Source: Takakia lepidozioides (Eukaryota > Plantae > Bryophyta). Taken from it: 64,000 nucleotides of DNA. Below, piece by piece: positions 27,948-41,800 of this stretch (the stretch's first letter is position 1; each line of letters begins with the position of its first letter). A model generated the notes under the pieces. It made no database searches. It was not told the DNA's origin and saw only the letters and a program-made list of their open reading frames with translations. A program made the translations under genes and the position numbers. Location of the stretch: contig CM060731.1 in NCBI GenBank assembly GCA_030704615.1, positions 24,428,001 through 24,492,000 on the forward strand, given 5' to 3'.

Positions 27948-29255
27948 GAATTCTAAGTTCTTAGGGTATCTCATGATCTTAGGACCATGATCTTAGGACC
28001 AACTTACAAGGGAGCTGTACTTGATGTAGAAATGCCAAGCAGACATACTTTTATGCTACGAGGTGATGATGTTTCATCTATTGCCTCTTGCAAGTTTACT
28101 TGTGGGTATGTCCGAGGCCGTATTTTGTTAGATATGGTTCAAGCACTCACGTTTTAGTTGGGGCAACGGCTGCTAAGCACATGACCCTTTTTGGAGTGCG
28201 CACAATCTCTCGCATGTAATATGTATGATGCTCTGTTTGGGTTGGTCTTTCTCAACCACAAGCTCTTTTCTAGAGAGGGAGAGAGCACATTTGACTGCGT
28301 CTTTGTCAGTACTTTCTCTAAGCAGTGTGTTGTGCCATAAGTATGGGCATATGTAAGTCTACTAGACGGATGAAATGCAACCACGACATGACGACGACGC
28401 CATGCGTGGTTCTGATGGGATATCAGTTTGGTCTGCTGGACTGTTGGTCTGTAGGGATACCAGTATGGTGTGGCGCGAGTCTATTCTTCAGTGGACTATT
28501 GGGCCGTCACTGCCTGCCAAATTTCGAAGTATCTTATCTCGTCAATCTGTTGAACCGTCGGTCAGCTGGAAGTCCGTCTCTTCGGATATGAGTCCATTTA
28601 ACTACTATTTTTTAATTATCTGCATTGATGTGAGTCTACTGAGCCGTCGGACTACAACAACGCAATGGCATGAGCGCGAGAGCGCGCTCACGTAGGAGTG
28701 ACGTGGCGTGAGCCTGCACCCACGCTGACGTGGCGTGAGCGTCATGTCAGCATGCTGATGTGGCGGCAAATGATGACGTGGCACTATCCATCATCTGCCA
28801 CGTCAGCATTAACATGCGCCGCCTATAACCGAGGATGGTCCTATGACCGTGGAATTAATGCAGGGAATCTTGCCTAAATAGAATCAAGGCTACCATGAGG
28901 CCTACAATTGTAGCATCCAACATTGTGCAATTACAAATGCTTGTTTCACTTTTACAATTACGAGGACGAGAAAATATCCTCACAAAGTGTGCGTCATAGA
29001 GGCTGCCACGGGAAGACCTTCCTCCCTCCTCAAATAACAATGAGAGTTAGGATCATCTTCAAAAGATGATTGTAGTGCATCGCGACAGCAAGACATATAG
29101 ACTTCGAACGGTGCAATGACAAATGTGCTTCTAAAAGTTGTCACTCAGAGCTCACTCAGTATAGTTGGAGGCCATATCATTGCACCGCCGACGAATTGAT
29201 GTGAATTACACATTTCAAATCATGGTCGTCCACATACCACATTGCATAGTTGATG

Positions 29256-32200
29256 CTACCCATGTGTTGTATCCCGCTGCAATAGAGTATCGACCTCGTT
29301 GAAACTCATAGTGGCCTGGTGAATGAAGTTGTCACGTTTGGGATCGCAAACCATCATCTTCAAAAATATGAAATACAAATGTTTGCAGGGTATGAATTTA
29401 CCTCTCTTGCCCAAACTGGTTGATAGCATATTCACAAAATCAGGACATGTGCAATTGGGGAAATTGGAAACCGTGATGTCGTAGGTCCTATCATGAACAA
29501 CAGATATGGAAGTGATGATTGTGAATACCCGACCATAACCTGGATCGGGCACTTCCGTGGTGCTTCCAACACGAGCTTGGAGCATTCTTGCGGACTCCAC
29601 TTTGCCAAAGTATTCAGCAGTTGGAGGGAAACGCCGAACGAGCTTTCCATCTCGTTTGGTTGGCCACAAGTCAGGATTTGTCAGGGGGACCCGGGAGGAT
29701 GCAGAAGTAGTAGCACATGCATGGAGTTGGGGTTGTCTCGCAAGGGAAAAGTCTGCCTCCTCCAGCATTTCAATCTCCTGAAATCTGAGATGTGTTCCCA
29801 CCTTCACGGGGCAAACGGTTGGAGGAGATGGCTTCATCACTACGGAAAGACGCACAGTTTCATGCACACATCTGGCACAATCATCTGCGTAGAACCAGAA
29901 CTTGTGGTTCTTGGCTTCTGGTTGACCGTATGGACGCATCAAACCCGTGAAAGTCGGAGCAAAAGTTCGGGCACGACCTCTGGATATAGCTGAAGTGCAC
30001 TTCTCAAAATTAGTTGCCCTGATCGCTGTACATTTCACACGAGACCCTGCACTTGTGCGTTCTATGTGCCAAACGTGGTCGGGGCATGCGGACTCAAGCA
30101 CATCAAGGGGGTTGTTTCTCTCATGCACCATTTCAGTGGCATTGTTTGATGCTGGAGCTTGCCGTCGTGTTGGAGGTTCCTCCAGAATGGAGATTCCGGA
30201 CATGGAGCTGTCATGCAGGGGAACACGAGGCTTCGAGAAGTTATCACGGTCTGCCCTGTGCGAATCGGAATCCGAACCAGGTGGAGTGTTCAATTTCCTC
30301 TTACAGGAGCCGAATCTCTCCTCCCCTTCAAGATGTGGAACTCTAGAAACAAGTGGCGTTCCATGGGCATATATGCTCACCGCCCATGCTATCTTGATTG
30401 GATCCCCAGATCTGTTTGCAGCACGCAACATCAACTCCGATTTGTCCGGACCCTTGCCACCAACCCCACCTCGCAAAAAATCACGGTATCGGGTTTGTTG
30501 TTGCAAGGCACGTATCAAATCATCTGTTGTTGCCTCATACAAATCCCGACCTCGTTTCCCAGACTGCTGCAACCATGCGTTGTGCACAGTTTCTGCCAAA
30601 TTGCAAAATGACATGTCTGTCATTTCCTCAATGGACATGTTCTGCAAAGTGGAGAACCACACTTCAAAACAGTGAACAGGAAACAATATAAAGAAAGCGA
30701 GGAGACAATAAAATGGAAAGTAAATGTATGAATAAAGCAAGAAATATAAGCCTCGTACCACTGCCATGGCTGCTCCCCACTGTCTATACCGGAAGTGCCA
30801 AAACGCCAGCCAATCTTCCAATGCTCTCATACTCTCAAGTGATGCAGCTCCAGAAGAGAATCACCCGGCATAAATTGTCTGGAACAAGGTGTCTGCCTCC
30901 TTCATTGTTCTAGCATCTTTGTACTCTTTGCACAATTTACGGTGCTGAGTCTGCATCTCTGGTTTGATGTCCGACTTTGTATGTTTTTCCAGAGATTGTG
31001 TCCGATCCGAAGACAATACGAACAGCATTGAAATTTGCTTGAGCACTATCCGCCATAAAACCTACGAAATTTGGAGATGGCAGCCCATGACACGTATCAG
31101 GGAATCCACATGAGCTTCTGGGATTCAGTATCCTCGGATTGCATGTCACAAACTGCAATTGTCATAACTTGTTGGTACACTGGATCGTAGAAAAGCCATT
31201 GTCGTCCAATCCTTCACTCGTTTCACATGATCAAACATAAGAAAACAGTTCTGCAAGTCCCCAGTCTTCTGTATTCGCTTCACGAGGCTAACCCCACTGC
31301 CCTCCCCAACAGTCGACATTTTGAAAAGAAAAACTTTGATGGCACCTTGACCTGGGAATACACTGTCCTGGATGTAATCGTACTTGCTCACTTGTTTCAA
31401 CTCCAAAATGTTGTCTATGTAGCCTCTAATACCAGAGCCCATTCTTAACGCATTGATCTGATGCCGAATGTTAGGTGAACTCAAAGTGGAGAAATGATCC
31501 ATCCCATTCGCTTTGATTATGAACCCCAGACTGAAGAAAGTGTGTGCAATTCAAATTATCACACCTAAGGCGTCCATTGCAAACTGTTCCCCTGAAAACA
31601 AGCTTGTCATCATTCTGAATATTGGATGTTTTTGTTCTGCACCATGGGTGCCCGTCGTGTTTCTTGTCCATTCCATGCATCATGATTGTTACACCTCCAA
31701 CTAGCAGAGGAGGAGGCAGTTCGAATAGGATATCGCCATCAAAAGTCTCTGGCAAGAACTTCACAAGCACCTGCTTCAAAGATTCCCAATCAATTCCTCG
31801 CAACTCACTTTTGAGTCCAGCCATTCCTCCCATCGTCCGTAGTTTTGGAATGACACTACAAATCTCTTCTTCATCAGCTTCTCCAACCACAGTAGGAAGG
31901 ACTGGATTTGGAATTTCACTTATGTCATCATCGGACGAATCCGAAAGCTCAACGATTGGAGTGGAGGACGTCTGTTCTTTTTTCACCACCACCTCTCTCT
32001 TGTCTTCAACGACCGAAGCAGCAGTCTCGGGTGTCACATATGATCCAAGGGACTTTCGCCGAGGCTCTCCAAGTACTCTGTATTGACCAGGGCGCACTCT
32101 CCACTGGCTGACATGAGCGTCTCATCACGGTTTTGGAAAGAGTATTTCAACAACTTCCATTTCAAATCGTACACCTCTTTCTCCAAAAAGATGGAGCCAT

Positions 32201-32324
32201 TCTGAAGCTAAAAACGGGTAGCCAAGACATGTTCCAGAACAATTGCAAATCCATTGTCAAGGACTTCCTGGGAGAACGGCACTGGTTTGTCGTCAGAGAA
32301 GAACTCCGCTTCAGAGAAAGCCAT
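29256..32324 (-). pseudogene. MULE-type DDE transposase (GCM/WRKY-fold N-terminus, SWIM C-terminus) of element C; stops, frameshifts and internal deletions
   Basis: MDKKHDGHPWCRTKTS..CNGRLRCDNLNC; LMFDHVKR; FMADSAQAN; WHFRYRQWG, then an intron, then NLAETVHNAW; SWIM CTCPDF...PCKHLY. Colinear with the element A transposase, with the same intron position. Confidence 0.85.
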
Positions 32325-35300
32325 CTTCCTTCCTCGCGTACGTTGATACCTTGCTATCGTAGACCTTCAGTGTAAATCGGTTTACTGATGTCTCCAGAAC
32401 ACAGTTGAAGAATGAGCAGAGAATATGGCGGATGAAGCTCAGACGACGACTGTGCATATTCTGTTATTCCTTCCAGATATGCAGCCGTCCATTTTAATTA
32501 CTTTTCTTGTGGGCCCAGTGGTCAGAGTATCCCTAGGAGCAATGTCGGCAGCTGTTAAACCGTTAATCAGAACCTCATCAATAAACACAATAACAAGCCG
32601 ACTTCTTGGAAGCATGCCACAGGATCTGAGGGTGGGATTGCATATTAAGTAAATGCATCTTTATACTACTACCAATGATCATGCGCACCTGGAAAGTTCA
32701 AAATGTGAAACGAACGTGGGGTTGGCTAACAAGGATGAACGTGTATGATATCCCAAAATTTGTCATCAAACTCTCGTTCATTTACATATATTTGTCTAAG
32801 ACTGTGCGCCAAGATTTCTGGGATTCGCTATTATTTTTAAATATTGAAACCGTTCTAATAAAGAACACGCCGTTTATTTTGGGCGACACACGTCAGACAT
32901 CGATAACTTTATTGAATACGAACAGTTGTACACTAATTGTTGGCATGTGCACTAATAAGGGAATGACTATGTGTAACGGTCACGCGAGAGGGAATCTGAT
33001 GCTTCTAAAGACAAGCAACAACGCACGCAATCCCGCAAGAAATCAGGAGTCACTTCATTTTTCTACTTTTCGCACTTAGAGGGAGAGTGGTAGTCAAGCT
33101 GGAGAGGGTTCCTTCTACAATACGAAAGAGAAGAAAGTCTCTTTATTTTACTTCCCTTAGAGAGAGACGCAGAGCAAGAGAGCAAATGACAAGGCGTCGT
33201 TTGTTGGAGAACACAGGGCCAAGGCAGTAGGTGAACGCGGAGACCGATTCACAAGAGCAGACCGAGACTGAGGCAGCGGCTGTGACACAGTCGGCGATAA
33301 CAGTGCGTGTTGGAAACCAGCCTATGGATGCAGAGATGACTCGCAGGGAAACTGAAGGAGGTGGAAGTACGAGGAACGCTGAACCGGGAGAAGGTCCAGA
33401 AACCCTAGAGCAGACATAAATTCCAGCAGATGTGAGAGGGAAGAAGAAAGCTGCATAAGGGGATCCAATTTCAAAACCTAAGAAGGTGCCAGTAAGTTTT
33501 CTCTAACTTACATTTCATTGTTGAAGATCTGCGTAGAGATTGAGTGGAATGTCCCAGAAAGGGATTGTCGCTACCGACCATCACCATGAAACAACGGTGA
33601 TTTGCTTTCTACTCCTCTGTTAAGGGTTTACCGCACAATGAGTGGGTGACTGACGGTACCGTCATTCACTGTTGTTCAGATCACACAGTCTGTCTGATTG
33701 CCTTTCAAGCAGTCCTTCATCTTCCCTTCTTTAGCAGGAACATGTGATTGAAGTCTACTGAATTGCGAGCGTCGTTAACGCCATTCGATTCTCCTCATGA
33801 GATTTATGTACCTATGTGTTTGAAGAGAGAGTGAGGGTCGGCATATTCAGTCATATTGTTTTGCAATGCATTTTCTTTGTTTGAGGTTGAACAGATAGAG
33901 AAGTGGAAAGGCGGTACCGCCCATCAAAGATTTGAAGACCATACTGTAGATTCAGGTAGAGTATCGATTGGAAAGTACTCTCGACATAGACAAGAAACAG
34001 TGAATGCTTGCGACGTTCATCACAATGGAGTCAATCTGAATAATCTGCACTTACTGTCCGCCTTAAATTATTTTGAATGTCGTTGCCGCCAATCACTTAC
34101 ACATATATGTCATTGCACAACACCGATCCGGCAGGTCCCACTCTTTTGTGATTGTCGTTAACGCCGTTCGCTCTTGCTCAAAACCTTTCTGTTCCTGTGT
34201 CCCTAGAATCATAGTGTTTTGTTTTGAATTCGGCAGGATCAGCTTTGCTTGTGTAGATGGTTCTGAATTTGTTTCACACCATTCATTGTGAGTTGAGACG
34301 AGACAGAGTGATGGTCGTTACCGCCGTTCACTATTTGCACATTACTCAGTCAGATTTGAATGGCATCGTGCAGAAAACGGTGAGGTCCAAGCCTACAGGA
34401 TCAGAGGGGAAAGGATCTGGAGATGGGGACGAGTCTGGAAAAAGCTCAGAGAATAGCGATGAAGTAGATGAATCTGAAGTGCACTACCTTGACAAGGTGA
34501 AAGAACTCATGTCATTCCAGAAGGTAAACTCTCAGGAGGTTATAAGGGACATGCTCATATCTGGAGGGCGTCTAGACATCCCTCTATGCCGGATGATATC
34601 TATGCATGTTGTGTGTCCACCTCTTTCCCATGACATAACAAAATTGGAGAGTGATTTTGTGCATGGATACAGACTTGGTGCACAAGTTTTTTATGTGTCA
34701 CTGACGGATATAAATGGGAAAAGCACATTAGTGTCTCCAGAGATCAGTGATACCTGGGATGAGTGCTGGAAAGATGTTAATGAGGAGTTCGAGCTGGGCC
34801 TCATGATGGGAAAGAACACCCAGCATTTCTGCAATCACATGTTCTACGTCTGGGACGACAACCACCGATTGCTGGCATGGATGGGATACATTCATAAACA
34901 TCATGTGAAAGACAAAGACAAGCATGTTGATGTGGAGGCAATGGTTTTGAATCCTGGAAACGACATCGCTAGGCTTCTTACAGCTATGCACGACGTAAAC
35001 AAGTAAGTCATCCTAGAGACTTCATTCCCTCTGTAGTGTCTTGCTCATCCCAAAAAAACAGTGTTAAGGAATGCAATGTTTCCAATGTTTTTGCAAATCA
35101 ACAGAGAAATCGCATGTGACAACAAGCTTGGTCCACACACTATTCCGAATTCAGAGGATTGGTCTGATGAAGCTGGATGATTTTCGGACAATACTCCCCC
35201 CCAATATAATCAAGAAGTGCAAAACAGGAAGAGCTGCAGGCACTTGGTATTCTTTGACTCGAGAGGCGTTTCTGTAGTACATGTATGCGGTAAGCCCGAG

Positions 35301-36582
35301 TCTGTACTCAGTTTACTTTTCGAATACATGTTTGTAGTTCCTTCGGTGCTAATCACTATTTGAATCAATGCAGCAAGAACTGGCAGAGGCAGCTGAGAAG
35401 GGAAAATCCGAATATTACCGCACTACACCAGAGGAACTAAGGACATCAAAAGGTGTGGAAGCAGCAATAAAGAACGAGTTTGAAATGCGAAGAACCAAAT
35501 TGATGTCCGCCTTCGGAAAGCAGCTTAGAATAGTAGATCCTGGACTTGGTTCTGAGTTCCTTCAGCAGATCAAATCTCACTATGACAAGCATGTGCATCC
35601 GGAGATGCAGCAGGAAAAATTGCACCGGCTGGCCATATCCATGGTCGAACCACAAACAAAAATAAGGTGGCTGGAGATATGGAACTCAGATCAGACAGTA
35701 AAAGACTTGAATCAGTTCCCAAATAGCACCATACAGCCTTGCACAAAGGTGGAAGGAATCAGTGATTTGGTGTTTGATAACTGGCTCCACAAGGCTACAT
35801 TTTGGAGTCAGGTGTGTATTCAAATAAGCCGTTTTCTTTTCTTCAATTATGTGATGAGTATCTTATTTGCAATACTGATAAATATACAATTTGCAGCTCG
35901 AAAAGCGTGCCGTCATTGTGCTGGATCAGACTTTAAAGGACTTGAACATTTCGATTGTTTCCCCTCCCCAAATGTCATTGGAGGCATACATAAGGAAGTG
36001 AAGAGGTCTCACCTGGAGATACTGTTTTTTCCGGGAGTTCTCCAAAGATGGTAACATTTTACGGTCCAACGACTTTGACAGTCAGGTTGGAGGAGAGTGG
36101 GCCATGATGCGAGTTGTGTACAGGTGCAATATCATGGGGGCTGTTATTTCATGAGCCATGAGCCGTGAGCAGAGTCGTAAGTGTCGAAAAAAACATAAGC
36201 AGGACTATTTTCCGGAAATGAGTGTCCGCGGGAATAGGGTTTAGGGTGTCACGGTCATAGGGGGAGAAGGACCTCTCGATGAAGGAGGTTCGGCAATGTT
36301 TTTTAGAATTACATATTGAAAGGCAATGTTTCGTGAATGGTAGGGTGGTACTGATCTGTACAATGGGGGCCCATTTCAGCCTACCAGCCACTTGCAAAAT
36401 CCACCCACACTCCCAATCCCAAACGAAATGAGGAATGACGCATTTTGGGAACGATGGATACAGAATAGAATAAAAAGAGGGCACAATGGGGTTTTTATTG
36501 ATCCACATGAATTGCATTTGAAGCACGTCTACTGTGCTGATTGTGCAAACAAATCTTTAGCCCTGTGCCTTCAGAATACAAG

Positions 36583-37295
36583 TCACGTTGTCAATGGGAC
36601 TTCGACTGCTCTCACAACTAGCTCATGAGTCTTCGGGCTCCTCCAGGTAAACTGGATTGCAGCCGTTGTACCGCCCCTGTTGATGTTCACCACAATGTCC
36701 TGCCCTTCAATCATACCACCATCGAATATGGAAAGCTTCACGTTTTCGCCGTCCACACCAATGCGAATGTCCCCATACAATGGAGAAGATGAGCGCACTC
36801 CTTCAGGAGTATAAGTCTCTCCGATGGAGTCACCCACGTCCACTGGCAGCAGTTCCACCGCAACAGCATAGCAGTGCGCATTCTTCTGCATGGGTGCCCG
36901 TCGTAGCTGGGAAAATCGGAATCAAGGATGCACAGGAGCCACAGACTCCTCAGACCAAGATCGTCACCCCGCTCGAAGGCGTACTGGCCTGGGAGATACT
37001 CAAAAGCGGACAATGTTTCCACATCCGAACCAGTATCTTCTGTGTAATCTGTGTACCAGATAACGATGTCTCCCGATGTGGCCGAATACATTGCATAATC
37101 GATGCCTCCATAAGGGCAGTCGTCCCGGTTCCGGAAGCACGGCATCCTTGCAAAGGAGGACCTGAGGACGTGTTTGATGCCGATGAAAATCACCTTGCGG
37201 CCAGCAACGAAGCCCTTACATTTTCGAAATGATGAGAAGCGGAAGAGCAGTGCGGGCTCCAATAATGGACCATCTGGGTCACAAGTACCCACCAA
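36583..37295 (-). pseudogene. Unknown small protein, twin gene 1 (A copy, 1-nt frameshift near 36830)
   Basis: ORFs 36738-37295 and 36583-36891 together match ORF 51229-52041. Confidence 0.7.
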
Positions 37296-37577
37296 TCATC
37301 GTGTAACGTGTTCAACAAGCCAGCGGTGGATGAACCGATACCTCTTTCTCATCCACGGGGTATAGTTTGAAATCTGCCACCGAAGTCCATCCCCCGGATG
37401 GAAATTCGGCGCCGCATTTACATCGAAGGGGGGATGGACTTCATCGTCTCGAGTGGCTATAGGCCCACCTGGCACTTACTGCCCATAGTTTGCATGGCAG
37501 GGAAGGAAACTGAATCGGCTACATCCATGGATGAGCCAATCTTCATCCCTGCAGGTTCCTATAGGGGGGAAATTTAA

Positions 37578-37974
37578 ATGTGCCCTGGAGTATTTGTGAC
37601 GAATTGCAGCGTTTGCTTGAATTTCTTCCAGCCACCGCGCTGCTACCTCCTCCATCCGGGAGCTGCTGTCATTGAGCGTACTGCGCTACTCTTTTTCAGG
37701 GATGCCGTGCCGCCGAAATCCTGCTGACTGCCCTTATCATGGCCACGATTATGCTAAGTTCAAACCAGAATCAGGAGACATCATTGTCTGGCTTTCAGTT
37801 TTCACAGATGCATCTGGAATCAAGCGGGAGTCTTTGCGCGCTATGGAGTATCTGGAGGGCTATTACCGCTTTGAGCGAGGTGAGGGCGAGGGTCAATGCG
37901 GTCCGTGGGTCCTGAAAATTGTTGACCTCGATATACCAAGGTGGAATGGGATGTCGGACAGATCACGCACGGCC
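37578..37974 (+). pseudogene. Unknown small protein, twin gene 2 (A copy, truncated by deletion at 37974)
   Basis: Matches 52202-52595 up to ...DRSRTA, then joins the palindrome array. Confidence 0.7.
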
Positions 37975-38421
37975 GGAAATGCGGTGCCGCATTTCTTTGC
38001 CCTTTGTTCATGATTCTCAATCAGAACGGAAATGCGGTACAGCATTTCCGTTCCACCTTCACATACCGTGCTTGCTGGATGGAAATGCGTTACCGCATTT
38101 CCGTTCTGGAGAGTATGAAGGTCTCACCCGGGCGGAAATGCGGTGTCGCATTTCCGTTATGGAATGTCGAAAAGTGCGACACGGACGGAAATGCGGTGCC
38201 GCATTTCTTTTCCCTTTGTTCATGATTCTCAATCAGAACGGAAATGCGGTACCGCATTTCCGTTCTGGAGAGTGTAAAGGTTTCCCCCAGACGGAAACTC
38301 GGTGCCGCATTTCCGTCGCTCTGGTGCATGACCAAGACACAATACGGAAATGTGGCTCCGTATTTCCGTCCAGCAGCAATCAAAAGAATCACTCCGGACG
38401 GAAATCTGAAATCTCATTTCC
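37975..38421. repeat. Array of nine 22-bp palindromes (GGAAATGCGG-NN-CCGCATTTCC consensus) at 53-bp period
   Basis: Copies start at 37975, 38028, 38081, 38134, 38187, 38240, 38293, 38346 and 38400; spacers are 31 bp (last one 32 bp). Confidence 0.92.
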
Positions 38422-38803
38422 GCATGCTGAACCTGAATGGGTTGCATTGTTCCGAAACAACCGAATTGCGGCCAGTCTTGATGAGCACAACTAGGTTGTC
38501 TGACCGTTTTAACTAACAGTCCTGGCACTTGTCAGTGCAAACGCTCCTGTCCGTATCGAGAATACTGCTGGATCCACCCTCAGGAGAAACTGTCAGGAGA
38601 TGTTATTTCGTCGCCGATTCGGCCATCATTGTCTAACTTACTGGCTATGGAATCACACCTCCCACCTTCATGCATGTAGCTTGAAACTATACTTTCCACT
38701 TCAATGTGCGACTTCCAATCGTCGATGGACTCCGCATGGTGCCTGTGAGCCTTCGTTTGTCGCTATACTGAACCTCGCACTTGCCAACTTCGTGCGGTCT
38801 TCG

Positions 38804-41800
38804 ATGGCTCCGAATTCCTACGCTATAGTTTGCTGTCCTCCGCAACTTGGGAGAGCCTGGATCCCAAACGAGGGAGGACTTTGCAGAGTGACTGAAACTT
38901 ACCTTTGTTCTAAATTCAAGCTCAAACCGGGCACAGTTTACTTGGAAGAAGAAAGGAAGGATGTTCCTGGACAGGTTGACGAGACCATTGTCGTGCTAGG
39001 TAACGACGGAGGTTGCGGAATCGAATGGCACGTACCCCCATCAGACACCATCCTATACCGAGCCGTGGGAATGCCCATTCCCTTTCCGAATCAGTCGCTG
39101 CCCACACCATCCACAAAGGAGTCCGAAAACCGACAGGCGGCCACTGCCAACAGAGAGGTATGCAACGATAATCATTCCCGACCTGGACCATCAAGACCCT
39201 CCATAGCTTCTTGTGTGGACGTATTCGACATTTCCGACAATGAAGATGAGTGCATTGAGGTCCCCATGTCCTCCACACGGTCGTTCAAATCCGACATGGA
39301 CGTCTCTGCAGGTGCTACGCAAGTACTCTCGAGCATAACTCCAACCCGGTCCATTGTGCAGCTCCTATGGCAACATCACCTCGATGGTTCTCGCTCCGAG
39401 CTGGCTGCTCTCGACTATGCCAAATTTCCGGTCAGGAAGGTAACGTATCTGCCTCCCAAAGTTGATGGCAATGTCATCTTCGAGTTTCCACCTGTCACTT
39501 CCTCAAACAAAGCCTCAGGGATGTTAACAGACATGGATCGAAAGCATGACGGACACCCCTAGTGTGTGACGAAGACCAGTAGCACGAAAATTGCTGATGG
39601 TGTTCGTGTACGATACGTCCTCTGTGCGGGGAAGCTGAGGTGCCTGAATCCCGCCCGCTTCCACTTTCTTTCGAAAGGAGGGTGGAGAAACGAGACGGAT
39701 TGGACTGGCACAACGCATCATCCATTCATTGTCTCCAGCCAAGCTCCTGCGGGTACTTTCAAGTGCGCACATTGCAAAGAACCATCGACGTGCATGTCCA
39801 TGTGCAGAGCCAAGCAATATTACGTTATCCATTTGCTCCCAGACTTGACTAGAGCTTGCATACACGTTGGGGTCCACTGCCACCCCTTGGCGAGAGGCAA
39901 CATGCGTGAGACTGTGCAGGAAGCACACGACATCATAAAAGAGGAGGTGAAATTGAGCCCCGGAGCAAGACCAAAGCAGATTCAGCTGAAGGCAGCCCAC
40001 AAGATTGCTCTTGGAAAAATCATGTCTGAAGATGGTTCAGACCGAGTGCCCTTGAACGAAAAGGAGATGCTTGACCTGTTGGAGTCCGTCTCGCACGTTT
40101 GCAGTCCGAATGTGCGGAATCACATCGTATCTTGCAAGCAAGAGTTCGGCCGGGGGTCGGACATGCACTCAATCCTGGAGGTGAAACGAATGACTGGATA
40201 TGACTACATCCAAGGTAGCAGGTTTCCAGGGCAAGGCAGCGAATCCGATTGTTGTTACATTTTTAAAATGTCGGCGTGTGGGCCTGGGAGTGGAGTCGAC
40301 TTGGTCACTCGCATGACAACTGGAAACTTGTCGAATGCTTGGGTGATGTTTGATCACATCAAGCGAATTACAAACCATCAGTGGGTGACTATGGGTGCGC
40401 ATGTTTATGACTATCACTCCAAGAGGCTCATGACGATTGCAATCTGCGAGATGAAAGGGGAGGACACACAGTCGGAGATGCATCTGTGGGAGGGCATAAA
40501 CGAGCAGATGGCAAGGGCGGGATTGCCAGAGCCCAATTTCAGGGGATTCATGGCAGACAACGCTCAGGCCAATTGGGCAGCGGTGCGGCGTGTGTACGGT
40601 GAGGACCCCAATGTTCCAATGGAGGGGAAAGAGAGATCCTGTGGATTCCATTGGATGCAGAGTCTATCCCACTACACTACCAAATTTGTTGCTAGCTCAT
40701 TCCAGGCTGAACACCGTGTCCTTTGTACGGCGTGGAAGGATGCACCCACATTTGATGACGCGGAGGTTAAGTTTGCTATCATCGAGGCTTGGTGGAACAC
40801 GTCAGGTGCAGTGGAGACAACCAATCTGGGAGCCTTGCACAGCTGGTTGGGGTGGTGGCATTTCCGGTATCGACAGTTCGGACAGTACATGCGAGAGGTA
40901 TGATGCTGTCATTTTCGTGCAATTGTCTTTCTATTACGGACCTTTCCATTGGTTCCTCACCATTGTCTGTGTCCTTGTAGGAGCGGTGCTTGGATTCCGA
41001 CACGGACATGCCGAACACGAATATGGCAGAATCAGTGCACTCCTCCTGGCGAGCGTCTTCTGCCGCACATCTGGTGGACGTAATGACGGCCACAACGGAG
41101 GACATCGACAGAGCAATCATGCAGCAAGCCACGTACTACAAGTTCCTGAGCGGGAAACAATGGGGCTTTGGGCCGGACAGGGAGGAATTGTTGGTGCGAA
41201 CAGCTTCGAGGTCGAAGAATCCACTGAAATGGGCGACAGCATTACGAGAGAAGATCAAAGGGACGCCTCTGCACCGCAGAGGTGAACACCTAGAGGGGGA
41301 CGTCCGTACTCGCCCTGTGAGGCGGAGGATTGAAGAAGAACCCGGGTGCGAAGAGGATTCCTGGAGATCCAACAGGAACATTCGGACAGCACCTCGAGGG
41401 CCCGTCATGTTGCCGCACAATGTGTCTTCCAGCAGTGGAAGCCCAAGAAATTCCAGATCGCCATCGCCTTCAAGCGCGGATTCCGTGCGAGAAATTCCCA
41501 CCGCTCGCTTGCCCCAGATTCCGCCCCCTGTTATGCAATATGGCCAAGCCATTGTGGAGACGACTGTGTCTGCGTCACAGTGGAGAATTGCTCGCACAAA
41601 GCCGTCGTTTCGAGGCAGGTGTTCCGCAATTCGAGTGGATACACGGCAACGTTGTTTAGAGATGATAAGGAGGAATCCAGATGGTGCTGTCCCTGCTCCT
41701 ACTTTTACAGGAAGATTTGTCCATGCAAAGTTTGCGGAGGCGACAACCACCCAGTTCTGGTTCTGCAGGCACGACATTATGACTTGCGTGTATGGAAAGC

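Noticed and set aside
28159-28190. Definite left TIR of element C (GGCTGCTAAGCACATGACC)
   Set aside because: Partial resemblance to the A/B TIR only, with no partner end or TSD to confirm it; an alternative candidate lies near 28660.
37975-38421. True CRISPR array (also 59572-59922)
   Set aside because: Eukaryotic transposon context, no cas-like ORFs, spacers duplicate one another, and the same motif occurs singly in introns.
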